Under the pieces are notes generated by a model that had not been told where the DNA came from, did no database searches, and saw nothing but the letters and a program-made list of their open reading frames with translations. The translations under genes were made by a program, and so were the position numbers. Positions 16,555-26,144 of a stretch of 53,203 bases of DNA are shown piece by piece; within the stretch, counting starts at the first letter, position 1; each line of letters begins with the position of its first letter. Source of the DNA: a virus. Taxonomy: Duplodnaviria; Caudoviricetes. The stretch spans positions 1 to 53,203 of the IMG/VR virus record IMGVR_UViG_3300025096_000026. One strand, written 5' to 3'.

Positions 16555-18732
16555 TTATCTACCCCTCCCGCCAAAGGGACTGAAGAGAGCGTTTGACCCT
16601 TGACGTGTAACGGTCGTGCTGAAGTTGTTTCCGTCGTCGATCTTGATGTAAGTGTCTCCTTGATTCCCGGCAGCCATTTCTTTTAGAAACTTGGTCTGCT
16701 CGTTCAGCGACTTTTGCATTTCTTTGCGTCCTTGCACTTCCAAGCGCAAATCCTGGTGTGTTTGAACTATTGTCTGATCTGGGACTGTAAGTTTTTCCGA
16801 TCCAATTTCACTTACATTTATGCGGCGCATGCGGGGTGTTGAGCCAAACCGGTCGCCTACAGTTTGGTTAACGCCAGTTCCTTCAGAGAATCCGGCATAA
16901 CGCGTTGCGGCCATCTCTTGGGTATCGGTGTCAGCACCGACGGTAGCAGCAGCGATCCCGCCGCCGACAAGAGCACTCAAAGCGGCGTACATGGCAAGCG
17001 TGGCGCCACCCGTAAAGGGCGCGGCAATAAGAGCCGCAATGCCGCCGGCTATAAGTCCCATTTTAATAAATCGACCTAAGCCTGTCTCCGCCTTCCCTAG
17101 CCACTGCGCAAATGTACCCATAGCCTCTATAAGAGGAACAATTAAATTTTCTATAAGAGGACGGAAATCAACTGCTAACGCTTTCATAGCATTTTTTATT
17201 TGATCCATAATTTCTTGAGAATTGCGGGCTAACTCGGCCAACTCCTCTTGCTGGAGGGCTTGAAGCTTCATTTCGTCCGTGGACATCTTCATAAGGCGCC
17301 GGGCGTCACCAACCTTCATGCCCAAGGCCGCGGCCATAGCTTGTTGCTCAAATCGTCCCAGCGAGTCGAACTGTATTCCAGCGGCATCCACCGATTGGCG
17401 TAATAATTCTATCCGTTCGGCTTCAGAAGCATTCAGCATGTCGATCGAGTTAAGATACGGGCCACCCATTATAGCATTAAGGCGCCCGACCGACTTTGCC
17501 GCCGTATCAAATTGATCAAACTGCTGAGCGATTCCCATTAAATCACCAACTGCCAAGCCGGTTGCCTTAGCTTGCTTGGAAAGATCCTCAAAAACCTCTA
17601 TAGCTTGATCGCCGTACTTCGACAATTCAGTAATTGCGCCCGCAAAGTCGCTAGCCATTTGATCCATCGACACCCCTAAGGACTGCGCGTTTCCTGCCAA
17701 GCGCAACATTGTCTCATTCATTGAAGTGGGGCCCTGGCCTAAATTTCGAGATAATTGGTCCATAATTTTGGCGCTAGTTGCCATTTGAACCCCTTGCGTC
17801 TCTAAAAGTGTGGTCGTCTCGCTAAGGGTTTCACGCTCGGTTTGGTTTAGTTGAGTAAACTGAGAGAATGAGGTGTATAAGACGTTGTACGCCTTCGAGA
17901 CAGCTTCTGCGCTGATCCCGGCTGCAAAGTTGCGGCGCTCCATTGCGGCCATTTCGAGATTATATTCTTTTCCGGCGCCTGTTGCGCGTCGGAAAGAAGA
18001 AATGGCCTTATCCTGCTCTTTCATCAGCTGCTTTGTCGACTCCATAAATGTGTCAACAATCTTGGTAGCAAACGCCAATCCCATTGCTTTGCCGGCGGAG
18101 CCAAAAGCTTTTATCATGGACCCACTCTCGGCGCCGACATCGCCCATCTTTTTGCCCAAATTTAAAAGCTTTTCAGTAGTACCACCGGTCGTAAGATTGA
18201 GGCCAAACATTGACTGCCCTACTTGGGCAAGCTCCTTAGAGAGGCCCTCCTCGGCTCCCAGAGCCGCGGAGGCTTCTTTGGTCGCATCACTTAGGTCGTC
18301 GAGCGCGTTGTCCGCCTTCCGTTGGGCGTCAGCCAATCTAGTCGTATCGTCGCCGGCGGCTGCAAGGTCGTTTTTAAGCTCTTGGAGAATCTTTTTATAC
18401 TCTGTAGCATGCTTCGTCGCTTGCTGGATCTCCTCTGTTTTAAAAGCCTTGTCAATAGATTCTGTGAGGGACGAATAGCTCTTTTGGGTCTTATCAGCAG
18501 ACTTGCGGAGCTCAATAAGTCTTTTATCTAACTTCTCTATCTCTCTTTGCGCTTCGGCGGTCGTCATTCCCGCAAACAGATCACCAGACTGGCCGCGGTG
18601 TGCGGGAGAGGGAGAGTCAGGGGCCGCACCTTGCTGGTTCTCCCGCCCGCGTCTGGATCGGCGGTGTTCAGCGGCCAACTCCTTTAAAAGGTCATTAAGT
18701 TTCGAAACTGTTTCATCAGTTAAATTACTCAC
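16555..18732 (-). CDS. Tail tape measure protein
   Basis: 725 aa, Ala/Gln-rich and helical, with hydrophobic Gly/Ala segments; located after the tube and chaperone genes. Confidence 0.75.
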   Translation of the reverse strand: MSNLTDETVSKLNDLLKELAAEHRRSRRGRENQQGAAPDSPSPAHRGQSGDLFAGMTTAEAQREIEKLDKRLIELRKSADKTQKSYSSLTESIDKAFKTEEIQQATKHATEYKKILQELKNDLAAAGDDTTRLADAQRKADNALDDLSDATKEASAALGAEEGLSKELAQVGQSMFGLNLTTGGTTEKLLNLGKKMGDVGAESGSMIKAFGSAGKAMGLAFATKIVDTFMESTKQLMKEQDKAISSFRRATGAGKEYNLEMAAMERRNFAAGISAEAVSKAYNVLYTSFSQFTQLNQTERETLSETTTLLETQGVQMATSAKIMDQLSRNLGQGPTSMNETMLRLAGNAQSLGVSMDQMASDFAGAITELSKYGDQAIEVFEDLSKQAKATGLAVGDLMGIAQQFDQFDTAAKSVGRLNAIMGGPYLNSIDMLNASEAERIELLRQSVDAAGIQFDSLGRFEQQAMAAALGMKVGDARRLMKMSTDEMKLQALQQEELAELARNSQEIMDQIKNAMKALAVDFRPLIENLIVPLIEAMGTFAQWLGKAETGLGRFIKMGLIAGGIAALIAAPFTGGATLAMYAALSALVGGGIAAATVGADTDTQEMAATRYAGFSEGTGVNQTVGDRFGSTPRMRRINVSEIGSEKLTVPDQTIVQTHQDLRLEVQGRKEMQKSLNEQTKFLKEMAAGNQGDTYIKIDDGNNFSTTVTRQGSNALFSPFGGRGR

Positions 18733-18743
18733 TTAAAGATCTC

Positions 18744-19070
18744 CTAATGAGTAAACGGCCAACGTAGGCCAGTTTCAAATTCAAATTGTTTGACAGCGGC
18801 ATCGAGCTGATAACGAGAGGCCATTGTCTGAGCATCGCCAAGACCATGCTTCAAATATGAATCCATGTATCTTTTTTCTCGTTGTAAGGCGGTAAAAAAA
18901 GACATAATCTGAGATTGATCCCCCGACATCGAAACTTTTAGGTCTGGGGCGCGTCCACCATAAAGACTTTGCATTAAAAAATGCACGTCAGACGCGAACT
19001 TACTGTACACGTTTTCACACAGAGGTGTGGTGTCTCTTTGATCTAACAATAAATGAATGTTTTTCGACAT
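18744..19070 (-). CDS. Hypothetical protein in the tail operon
   Basis: 108 aa; preceded by a CTAATTA motif. Confidence 0.7.
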   Translation of the reverse strand: MSKNIHLLLDQRDTTPLCENVYSKFASDVHFLMQSLYGGRAPDLKVSMSGDQSQIMSFFTALQREKRYMDSYLKHGLGDAQTMASRYQLDAAVKQFEFETGLRWPFTH

Positions 19071-19086
19071 GTCGGCCCCAACAAAG

Positions 19087-19093
19087 TAATTAG
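19087..19093 (-). promoter_or_regulatory. Candidate late-promoter motif CTAATTA
   Basis: Instance of the recurrent intergenic motif, lying just after the 19104-19131 terminator. Confidence 0.45.
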
Positions 19094-19103
19094 TTCATCA
19101 ACC

Positions 19104-19131
19104 AAAAAGGTGAATCTATTTGCGATTCACC
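19104..19131 (-). terminator. Intrinsic terminator overlapping the stop of the chaperone extension ORF
   Basis: Minus strand GGTGAATC-GCAAATA-GATTCACC-TTTTT. Confidence 0.7.
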
Positions 19132-19301
19132 GCTTCATCAAACTGTTTAGCTTCCCGCTCAAACTCTTTAATTATTCTTTCCACAAACCATCGTCTTAAT
19201 TGGATAGGTAAATTATAGGCCTCAAAAAAGGACCAACCTCCATGATGTTTGAGAAGAAACAATTCTTCGTAAACGGCAGCCTGATAATTAGATGCTAGGC
19301 C
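19116..19301 (-). CDS. Tail chaperone extension (gp51-like small domain), probably reached by a +1 frameshift
   Basis: Not in the ORF track. The frame reads GLASNYQAAVYEELFLLKHHGGWSFFEAYNLPIQLRRWFVERIIKEFEREAKQFDEAVNRK*, has no ATG, and begins at the U7 tract (19302-19308). Confidence 0.65.
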   Translation of the reverse strand, partial: GLASNYQAAVYEELFLLKHHGGWSFFEAYNLPIQLRRWFVERIIKEFEREAKQFDEAVNRK

Positions 19302-20151
19302 AAAAAAAGTCTGCCGTCAACGGCATTACCACCTTTCCACTATGAGAACAGGTCTCGCACGTAAACTCGTGGTTTAGGTCTACGTCTGGTTTAATAAGAT
19401 CATATGCCTTACGGAGGTACCGGGCATCTTTGGTTGGCATAAACGTTGCAAATTTCTTCAGCATTGCAGCGTCGGTCACTCCATTAACAGATACGAGCAC
19501 TGCTTTAAGCAAATCGGTACTGCGTGAGTCAGGGAGATTCATTTTCTTATTGCGCGCCGTCTCGGCTGATAATTTAGACTCCATTCCAGCAGTTAAAAGT
19601 CGCACTTCAGCAATTACCTGTGTAGTAGGAAGCGTAAATGTAAATGTGCCGCCCTCTGTGGCTGTTACCTCTTCGGGTAGTTCCTCGGCGGTCTTCAGTG
19701 TTAATGATTCTAGATCGAATGTGGCCTCGGAAGCATTCGCACAAGCCGGACACGTAATGGTTGTCTCATATTCGGAGCCAAAACCCGTAATGCGCGAGGC
19801 GATGACTAAAGCATTTTTATCTCCGACCAAAAATGCGCCCAAATCAAGACCCTTATCTACTAATAAAGACTGCAATAAGCGGTCGATGGCAAGACCTTTT
19901 CGAAGAAGCGACTCGCTGGTGAGAATGTCTTCCTCCTTGGCCGTCATGTGACGAATTTCAACAGTTTCCACCCCAGCGAGGGGACTATCTTCAGTATAAA
20001 AACGTCCTTTGCTCGGTAAATCTACAAATTCTGTAGGAGTAACAAATGAAAAAATGTCTGTAGGGGAAGAGGTAGCTGCAAGTGGGGCGCTAGATGAGTT
20101 ATCTTCAGGTACGGGCGCCCTCGTCCGTTCTGAATTTCTTTTTCGGGCCAT
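19288..20151 (-). CDS. Baseplate hub assembly / tail assembly chaperone (T4 gp26-like)
   Basis: VDLPSKGRFY, MTAKEEDIL, GDKNALVIASRITGFG, CPAC...CETC zinc motif and a C-terminal FFWP. Confidence 0.8.
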   Translation of the reverse strand: MARKRNSERTRAPVPEDNSSSAPLAATSSPTDIFSFVTPTEFVDLPSKGRFYTEDSPLAGVETVEIRHMTAKEEDILTSESLLRKGLAIDRLLQSLLVDKGLDLGAFLVGDKNALVIASRITGFGSEYETTITCPACANASEATFDLESLTLKTAEELPEEVTATEGGTFTFTLPTTQVIAEVRLLTAGMESKLSAETARNKKMNLPDSRSTDLLKAVLVSVNGVTDAAMLKKFATFMPTKDARYLRKAYDLIKPDVDLNHEFTCETCSHSGKVVMPLTADFFWPSI

Positions 20152-20174
20152 TAATTACCTTCTTTCTGGCTCCT

Positions 20175-20750
20175 CTAGACTCCGGTCGCAAATTTAACGG
20201 CGGGGCCAGAAGTGTATACAGCATAATCATACTTCATTGTGATCGTAACATTAAGTAATTCTGTATCTTGATCGTAATTTAAATCACCAAATGTAGCGCT
20301 TTTAACCCAACCATTGATAAGTTGCCATTCGCCAACGAGACCGCCTTCGCCATTAACCTCTTGAATTGTTACAATCCCAAGCTCGTTAAGAGCGTCTTTT
20401 TTATTAACGGTACCGGGGGCCTGGCCCGCCAATACCACGTTTTCCTGAATGTCCGGACGCAAATAGCCCATACCAGCCAATGCGTTGATTAAAAGCTGAT
20501 TACTATCGGGATTGATAGCATTAACTATAACCATAGTAACGTCGCCCCACTCTACAGATCCCGGATAATAATACGTATTACCCAAGAACTTATGGGATGC
20601 TTCGCCCACTGTATAGCTCGGCTTGGTAACCGACTTAGCCAGGTACTTTGCGTATGTGAACGCTTCGTCGGGATCAACAAGTCCCGGAATGTCTAAGATA
20701 AATCTATGTGCTCGTTTAGGCTCCGATAAAGCGCTGGTCCAAAATGGCAT
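20175..20750 (-). CDS. Tail tube protein (gp19-like)
   Basis: EPKRAHRFIL...KP...YYPG..EW...W.L..GW....FGDLNY...ITMKYDYA pattern; directly after the sheath gene. Confidence 0.85.
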   Translation of the reverse strand: MPFWTSALSEPKRAHRFILDIPGLVDPDEAFTYAKYLAKSVTKPSYTVGEASHKFLGNTYYYPGSVEWGDVTMVIVNAINPDSNQLLINALAGMGYLRPDIQENVVLAGQAPGTVNKKDALNELGIVTIQEVNGEGGLVGEWQLINGWVKSATFGDLNYDQDTELLNVTITMKYDYAVYTSGPAVKFATGV

Positions 20751-20786
20751 TGTATGGTGTCTCCTTATAAGTCCTAAGTTATATAG

Positions 20787-20810
20787 TGTGGGAGATTAAA
20801 ACCTCCCACA
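20787..20810 (-). terminator. Hairpin between sheath and tube genes (terminator or processing site)
   Basis: Minus strand TGTGGGAGG-TTTTAA-TCTCCCACA; lacks a strong U tract. Confidence 0.45.
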
Positions 20811-20813
20811 TTA

Positions 20814-23744
20814 TTAATCATCAAATGACGCTCCGGTACGTGTGATGTTAAAGTCGATAGCAATATATTCAATTGCACGAGTCGGCTTCAAGAAAATCTT
20901 AGCATACATGATGTTACGATCCACCAAATCCGGGGTAGTCGTTGTCTCATCAAGAACCAACTTGTAGTCCGAAAGGCCAAAGTTTGTCTTCACATCAGCC
21001 AAGATAGGCGTAACCAGAGAAACAAAGCGTGTCCATGTTGTCTGAACATTAGGATCAAACAAGAGGGTTGCAGCCACCTGAGAAATACGCTTCTTGAGGA
21101 AGATCATCAAGCGTCGCACGTTAATGCGATCCAACGCGGAAGGTGTAATCTGCAGCGTCTTCTGGCCAAAGATCACTATGCCTTCTGCGGGGAACTTAGC
21201 AATCGGATTAATGTTGGCTGCATAAAGATCATCTCGGTCCTTACGACGTAACTGGTGAGATACGTCCTGAACAGGGATTCCTGCCGCGCCCTCGGTAAGT
21301 CCGCCGCGGTTAAAGCCGGCCGGAGCAAACCAAACCTGGGTTTTCTTCTGAGAGCTTGAGAAAGTTCCCAGGGCAGCAACAGACGGGGGTAACCAAACCA
21401 TCGTACCATTGATACTATCGCGGCAACGGAGCCACGGATAGAAGGTACACGCATATGACGTGTTCAGTGCGCGGTCGCGCAATGTCTTAATAATACTGTT
21501 TAATTCACTAGCAGTGTTGTTTCTAGCGTAAGTCGTGCTTTCGGCCCGAGGGCGGAAGCCGCCTTCAAGGTCAATAATTGCCAGGGCATCTGCACGATCT
21601 TCGCACACATTAATTAACTGGTTTGTCAACCCAGACTGCTTCAGACCTGGAATGGTGGCGAGATTCATTTCTACCACCTCAGGATCAGCCACAGCGTCAA
21701 TTGACTGACGTACTGAATTAAAGATGTAACTATTCGCGTCGGTGGGACTGTCGGGGAAGGCCGAGTTGCGGAACGGATCCAACTCTCGAATATCTAGACC
21801 GTCAAAGCCGGCGTACAACGGAACCGTGAAGCGGTCGAAACCCGCATCCAGAACGCCAGAAATTGCACCGTTAACACAAGTAAGAGAAGTTCCCAGAGCA
21901 TGAGAGCCCGAAACCCACGTTCCATCAGAACCACTAACGTCGTCCAGAGTAAAGAACATGCTTAACTCGCTTACCCCAGCGACAGCACCGCCGAACATAT
22001 CCCCGACCATACCTCCGCGAGGACGCAGCAAGTCGATGTTAGACGCATCAAAAGTGGTGGAACCTGCCGTACGACTGGTTTGCATACCGAAGTAAGCATC
22101 AGTCTTATTGGTGAGGTTGCCATCGCTCGCATTAACGCGCAGTTCGGGCGCCGGATAAAGAATCGATGCGCTCAGGAAGGAGCCGCTAAAGATGAACACA
22201 GACCCGCTGTTATAATGCACTGTCGCATCGTTAATCAGATCCACAGGGCGACCCGAGCCGCTGACGCCGCCGGCCGAACCGGTAATCCAGTTGCCAGTCG
22301 CTCTCACTCCAGCTTCCACTGCGAGACCATCGCCTAGGCTTCCTGATTCATCGAGATATTTTACCATACCCTTAAATCCAAAAGGTAACAGCGCAGGGTT
22401 GTCCCCAACCACTTCTTGATTCATCTCAACGCGGATGTAGTCAGAAACATTACCCCATTCGCCTTCTTGCACATAACGACGCTCGGTAGCATTCCATGAC
22501 AGGTATTTATCGCCAATCTTGCGCGCAACATAGTTAACCGATTCAGGGTTAAGATTCAAATCATTGAACTGCTCCACCACTTGAACGACATTATCGGAGT
22601 CGCGCAGGGAACGAACAACCAAGGAGAAAGTACCATAATCATTAGATTCATTAGTAGGCGCCTTGATGTCTTGAATCGAAACCTTGAGGTTACGATTAGA
22701 CCAGTCGCCCGGCTCATTAAGAGCAACAACCTTGAACAAGGAGGGCATCGCCTGCACATCAAAACTATTAGCCGAGGTGGCACGCTGGGCGACGTCGCAT
22801 CCAATAATCTGAGGTGTTTGTGCGGACTGGAGGGCACTCCGGAAATCGTTACCGGTATTACTATTGGTTGTGTTTTTGAGGTTAACAATGGCGGCATAGG
22901 TTTCACCGGCGGTACCACTTAAATTGGCTTTAAGGTGCCTATCAAAACTCTCTCCAAGCCACACATTACTTTCGTTGTCGACCAAAGAACTATTAGTACG
23001 AGCAGGAGTGGTGTTGAAAACCTTGCGTAAATATTTGGTACTTGAAACATTAAAGTTAAAATCGGTCGTAAGTGAATTACTGTTACCATCAACATTATCG
23101 ATAACCATCTTAAAATTATAAGCACTCCCGTTATCTTTAACAATAAGGTTGGCCCCCTGGTGGTTGTCACCATCGGCCCAGACAGTCGGAGTTGGAGATG
23201 CGGGCACTGATGCGGTCGCAGACATCATCACTGTGCCACTTAAATTTAAGATAGTGCTAGAATCGGTAGTATAAAATACTGCCGCCAGGACACCCTGCAA
23301 TGAGCCGGTTCCATAAACCGCCCAATCCTCTGGTTCAAAGACCACAAGTCCCCACGCGTTACCATTGCTGCCGCCATCCCAGCCAGCTTGACTGCCGGCG
23401 GCAGAGGTTGCGGCGCCATCTTGAGAGCCTAAAAGTCGAATGTAAGTTAAAGGAGAACTGTTGCGCAGGTAGGCCTGAGCTGCATAAACACCATACGTCG
23501 GAGCGGTTACGTTCCAACTACCAAGGCGCCATACATCGCCATTAGCGTTGCCTGGGGACGGATTACCGAAAATTTGCACAAATTCGGAAAAAGAGTCCAC
23601 CGTCACGGGCCGTAGGGCGGGCCCTGATTCTGCCCTTCCAATGACAACCGGACCGATGCCGGCCGGAGATGCAGGAACTTGGGAGTTATCTATCTCATTT
23701 ACGAAAACTCCGGGCGATACAAACTTATAATTTTTAATTGACAT
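20814..23744 (-). CDS. Tail sheath protein (gp18-like)
   Basis: FVSPGVFVNEID N-terminus; WFAPAGFNRG, LYAANINPIA, FGQKTLQ, SALDRINVRRL and KPTRAIEYIAIDF. Confidence 0.95.
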   Translation of the reverse strand: MSIKNYKFVSPGVFVNEIDNSQVPASPAGIGPVVIGRAESGPALRPVTVDSFSEFVQIFGNPSPGNANGDVWRLGSWNVTAPTYGVYAAQAYLRNSSPLTYIRLLGSQDGAATSAAGSQAGWDGGSNGNAWGLVVFEPEDWAVYGTGSLQGVLAAVFYTTDSSTILNLSGTVMMSATASVPASPTPTVWADGDNHQGANLIVKDNGSAYNFKMVIDNVDGNSNSLTTDFNFNVSSTKYLRKVFNTTPARTNSSLVDNESNVWLGESFDRHLKANLSGTAGETYAAIVNLKNTTNSNTGNDFRSALQSAQTPQIIGCDVAQRATSANSFDVQAMPSLFKVVALNEPGDWSNRNLKVSIQDIKAPTNESNDYGTFSLVVRSLRDSDNVVQVVEQFNDLNLNPESVNYVARKIGDKYLSWNATERRYVQEGEWGNVSDYIRVEMNQEVVGDNPALLPFGFKGMVKYLDESGSLGDGLAVEAGVRATGNWITGSAGGVSGSGRPVDLINDATVHYNSGSVFIFSGSFLSASILYPAPELRVNASDGNLTNKTDAYFGMQTSRTAGSTTFDASNIDLLRPRGGMVGDMFGGAVAGVSELSMFFTLDDVSGSDGTWVSGSHALGTSLTCVNGAISGVLDAGFDRFTVPLYAGFDGLDIRELDPFRNSAFPDSPTDANSYIFNSVRQSIDAVADPEVVEMNLATIPGLKQSGLTNQLINVCEDRADALAIIDLEGGFRPRAESTTYARNNTASELNSIIKTLRDRALNTSYACTFYPWLRCRDSINGTMVWLPPSVAALGTFSSSQKKTQVWFAPAGFNRGGLTEGAAGIPVQDVSHQLRRKDRDDLYAANINPIAKFPAEGIVIFGQKTLQITPSALDRINVRRLMIFLKKRISQVAATLLFDPNVQTTWTRFVSLVTPILADVKTNFGLSDYKLVLDETTTTPDLVDRNIMYAKIFLKPTRAIEYIAIDFNITRTGASFDD

Positions 23745-23778
23745 TCGTTTTAATCTCCTAAACGTGGGATATCGTTAT

Positions 23779-23785
23779 TAAATAG
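23779..23785 (-). promoter_or_regulatory. Candidate late-promoter motif CTATTTA upstream of the sheath gene
   Basis: Same motif recurs at 26080, 29106, 31558 and 35293. Confidence 0.55.
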
Positions 23786-23807
23786 TATTGGCATGGCGCA
23801 ATAGAAT

Positions 23808-24758
23808 CTAATCTCTATAAAATCCCCCCTTAATATTATCGGGTATATCCCCAAAAATCACCTTTTCGCGGGAAAGTTTAAATTCTACAGCATTTTGACG
23901 CTTCACAATGACCGGCTTCTCCTGGTTATCGCCTTCGCCAATTAAATATCCCAGAACCTGGATGTTGACTGTCTGTGCATAATTTCGCCTTTCCATTCCC
24001 ATGTCGCTCACATTTGATCCGTTGTTAAAAGAGCCGTCAATAAAAACTTCATAAAAATGATTTTCATAATTAATGCGAGCAGGCATGCGAGAGTTGCCAG
24101 GTACCGTAATAAAAGGTCGGAGCATCTCATTCATTTGTTGCTGGTACTCAGAGCGGAGCGTAATTTCATAATTAACAGTTACCCACGTCGGGATAGGCAT
24201 TGAAATAGTTTCATAAACAGTGCGCTGGGTTGACATGTTGCGCTTATTTGAATTTTTCATCTTCCCTGCAACATTCTTATTGGGACCATAGGATCGCGCC
24301 GCATATGCATTTTGGAACTCTGACGTTTTCTTTTGATTTATTTGCCGGGCGACTGTAATAACACCCCCTTGAGCATCCGGAATAGCATAGAGATTGGCGT
24401 ACACGGTGCCTTTCATGTTGGGATCCTTGTTTACAGATGCTCGATCAACAGTGATCAAAGGCAATTCTAAAAATTGTTCGGCATTATATCTTTCCTTGGC
24501 CTCGTCTCCCTTTATCTGATAGGAGCGCTCTGCGCTGACCCATAAAACCGGAACTTTTCGAAACCCTTCATTGCTTACGGCAGAAATGTTAAGGTCTTCA
24601 TTAATAAACCTCATCATAGCGCGGTCGATTGTTTCCAAACTAGACGGCATTATTTCTATTTCTTGAAGTTTGCCTTCTACCTCTTTGTCGCCGACATAAT
24701 CAAATTCAGAAGCTTTAGTATCAAGAATCTGTTGCTGTGTTCTTTTGCTGCGCGCCAT
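23808..24758 (-). CDS. Tail completion / terminator protein (gp15-like)
   Basis: VPV..VSAER, LPLITV.R and P.PTWV.VNYEI pattern; located between the neck and sheath genes. Confidence 0.6.
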   Translation of the reverse strand: MARSKRTQQQILDTKASEFDYVGDKEVEGKLQEIEIMPSSLETIDRAMMRFINEDLNISAVSNEGFRKVPVLWVSAERSYQIKGDEAKERYNAEQFLELPLITVDRASVNKDPNMKGTVYANLYAIPDAQGGVITVARQINQKKTSEFQNAYAARSYGPNKNVAGKMKNSNKRNMSTQRTVYETISMPIPTWVTVNYEITLRSEYQQQMNEMLRPFITVPGNSRMPARINYENHFYEVFIDGSFNNGSNVSDMGMERRNYAQTVNIQVLGYLIGEGDNQEKPVIVKRQNAVEFKLSREKVIFGDIPDNIKGGFYRD

Positions 24759-24773
24759 TGTTTATGTTCTCCG

Positions 24774-26054
24774 TTATCCTACGAAGATGCCGGCGGGAAC
24801 ATTTTGTAAGACTTTGGCAGTAGAGTCTTGCATAGTAGAATCGGTGGACGCCATTTCAGAGTAGGTGAGCTCATCCAATGTGGCTTTGAGCTCTTCTCGC
24901 AGGCCGTCTTGTTCGGCTTTAGCTTGGGCCAGAAGGTCAGCCGCATTCAGTGTAACACTCTCACCTGGAATGGGAACCGTAGAAAACTTGCCGCGCACTT
25001 GGCCCAAAATCTCCTTAGTGAGAGCGAGCGCAAACCGACGGATCCACTGCTTACCTATGGCATTAATGTTCTCATAAGGTAGATTCTGGAAAGGAAGGGT
25101 ATTCATGTTGTTAATACCTTCGATGCCGCTCTTGGGCTGTCCTGTTCCATCTTCCCATGGTTTAAATTGATTTTCAATTGTAAATTCAACCCAAAACTTC
25201 TCCGGGCTTGTAGAGTCCGGTTGCGGAAAAAGACGCAATTGATTGTTTTTTAGCTCATATGAATAATGCGAAATACGCGTCCAAATAGCATCTTCGTATG
25301 CTTGAGCCTGAAGCTTGTTTTGCCAAGTGGGAACGATTTCAAAGGTTGAATCATCTGCATATTGTCCATAAGTACGCAGATTACCGACCACCGAAAAGCC
25401 TCCATAATAGCCATAGAAGCGCCACATTGCTCGGGGCGTTTTAAAATAAACCCTTCGAATCACCACTCGCTTATCATCCACTTCCCCATAATAATTCAAG
25501 GTTCCTGTGTTATTTATATTCGCAGAAGAGGCTGAGATGATTGATTGCAGGTCATAATCCTGTTGTTCTGCAATCCGATCAATAGATGCCGAATAAATGG
25601 GAAGTGTGCCCCCGAGGCCCGTTTCTGTAATGGAGCGTTCGGATACGCGGCGAGCGAAGCCATAATCAAACCGAGGATACCTTAAGCTTACATCGGTTCC
25701 TGCCAATGGATCTGTACTTAGAATTTGACCATCTTGGTCAAAAGATGCTGTTTGGGCGCCCATCAGTGACGAAAGTGAGTTTTTGCTCTGATGGATGTTC
25801 AAGATGTAAGAATATTCTAATACTGCTTCTTCATAGGCCGCATAAACATTTCCTTCGGCCAACTCGATGTCGAGCACATCTCCGCCCAGCTTCTTATATG
25901 TATAGGCAACCTGATCGGAGGCGCCGGAGAGAAAGGCATCTGATCCCGCATAAATACCAAACGGCAACGTAGCAGCGACATTTAAAACAGAACCGGTGGA
26001 TGTTAAAACATTTGAATTTGTTGTAGATGATGGATTAAGATTAGGGATTGCCAT
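24774..26054 (-). CDS. Neck / head completion protein (gp13-like)
   Basis: KLGGDVLDIEL and WIRRFALALTKEILGQVRGKF..PIPG..VTLN motifs. Confidence 0.8.
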   Translation of the reverse strand: MAIPNLNPSSTTNSNVLTSTGSVLNVAATLPFGIYAGSDAFLSGASDQVAYTYKKLGGDVLDIELAEGNVYAAYEEAVLEYSYILNIHQSKNSLSSLMGAQTASFDQDGQILSTDPLAGTDVSLRYPRFDYGFARRVSERSITETGLGGTLPIYSASIDRIAEQQDYDLQSIISASSANINNTGTLNYYGEVDDKRVVIRRVYFKTPRAMWRFYGYYGGFSVVGNLRTYGQYADDSTFEIVPTWQNKLQAQAYEDAIWTRISHYSYELKNNQLRLFPQPDSTSPEKFWVEFTIENQFKPWEDGTGQPKSGIEGINNMNTLPFQNLPYENINAIGKQWIRRFALALTKEILGQVRGKFSTVPIPGESVTLNAADLLAQAKAEQDGLREELKATLDELTYSEMASTDSTMQDSTAKVLQNVPAGIFVG

Positions 26055-26079
26055 TAAAGTGCCTCGATTATACTATTAC

Positions 26080-26086
26080 TAAATAG
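26080..26086 (-). promoter_or_regulatory. Candidate late-promoter motif CTATTTA upstream of the neck gene
   Basis: Abuts the terminator that follows the capsid gene. Confidence 0.55.
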
Positions 26087-26116
26087 AAAGCCCCGCCTCA
26101 AAAGAGACGGGGCTTT
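26087..26116 (-). terminator. Intrinsic terminator downstream of the major capsid gene
   Basis: Minus strand AAAGCCCCGTCTC-TTTT-GAGGCGGGGCTTT followed by CTATTT. Confidence 0.75.
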
Positions 26117-26144
26117 AACTATTTTGACCTTACGTCAGGTATGA

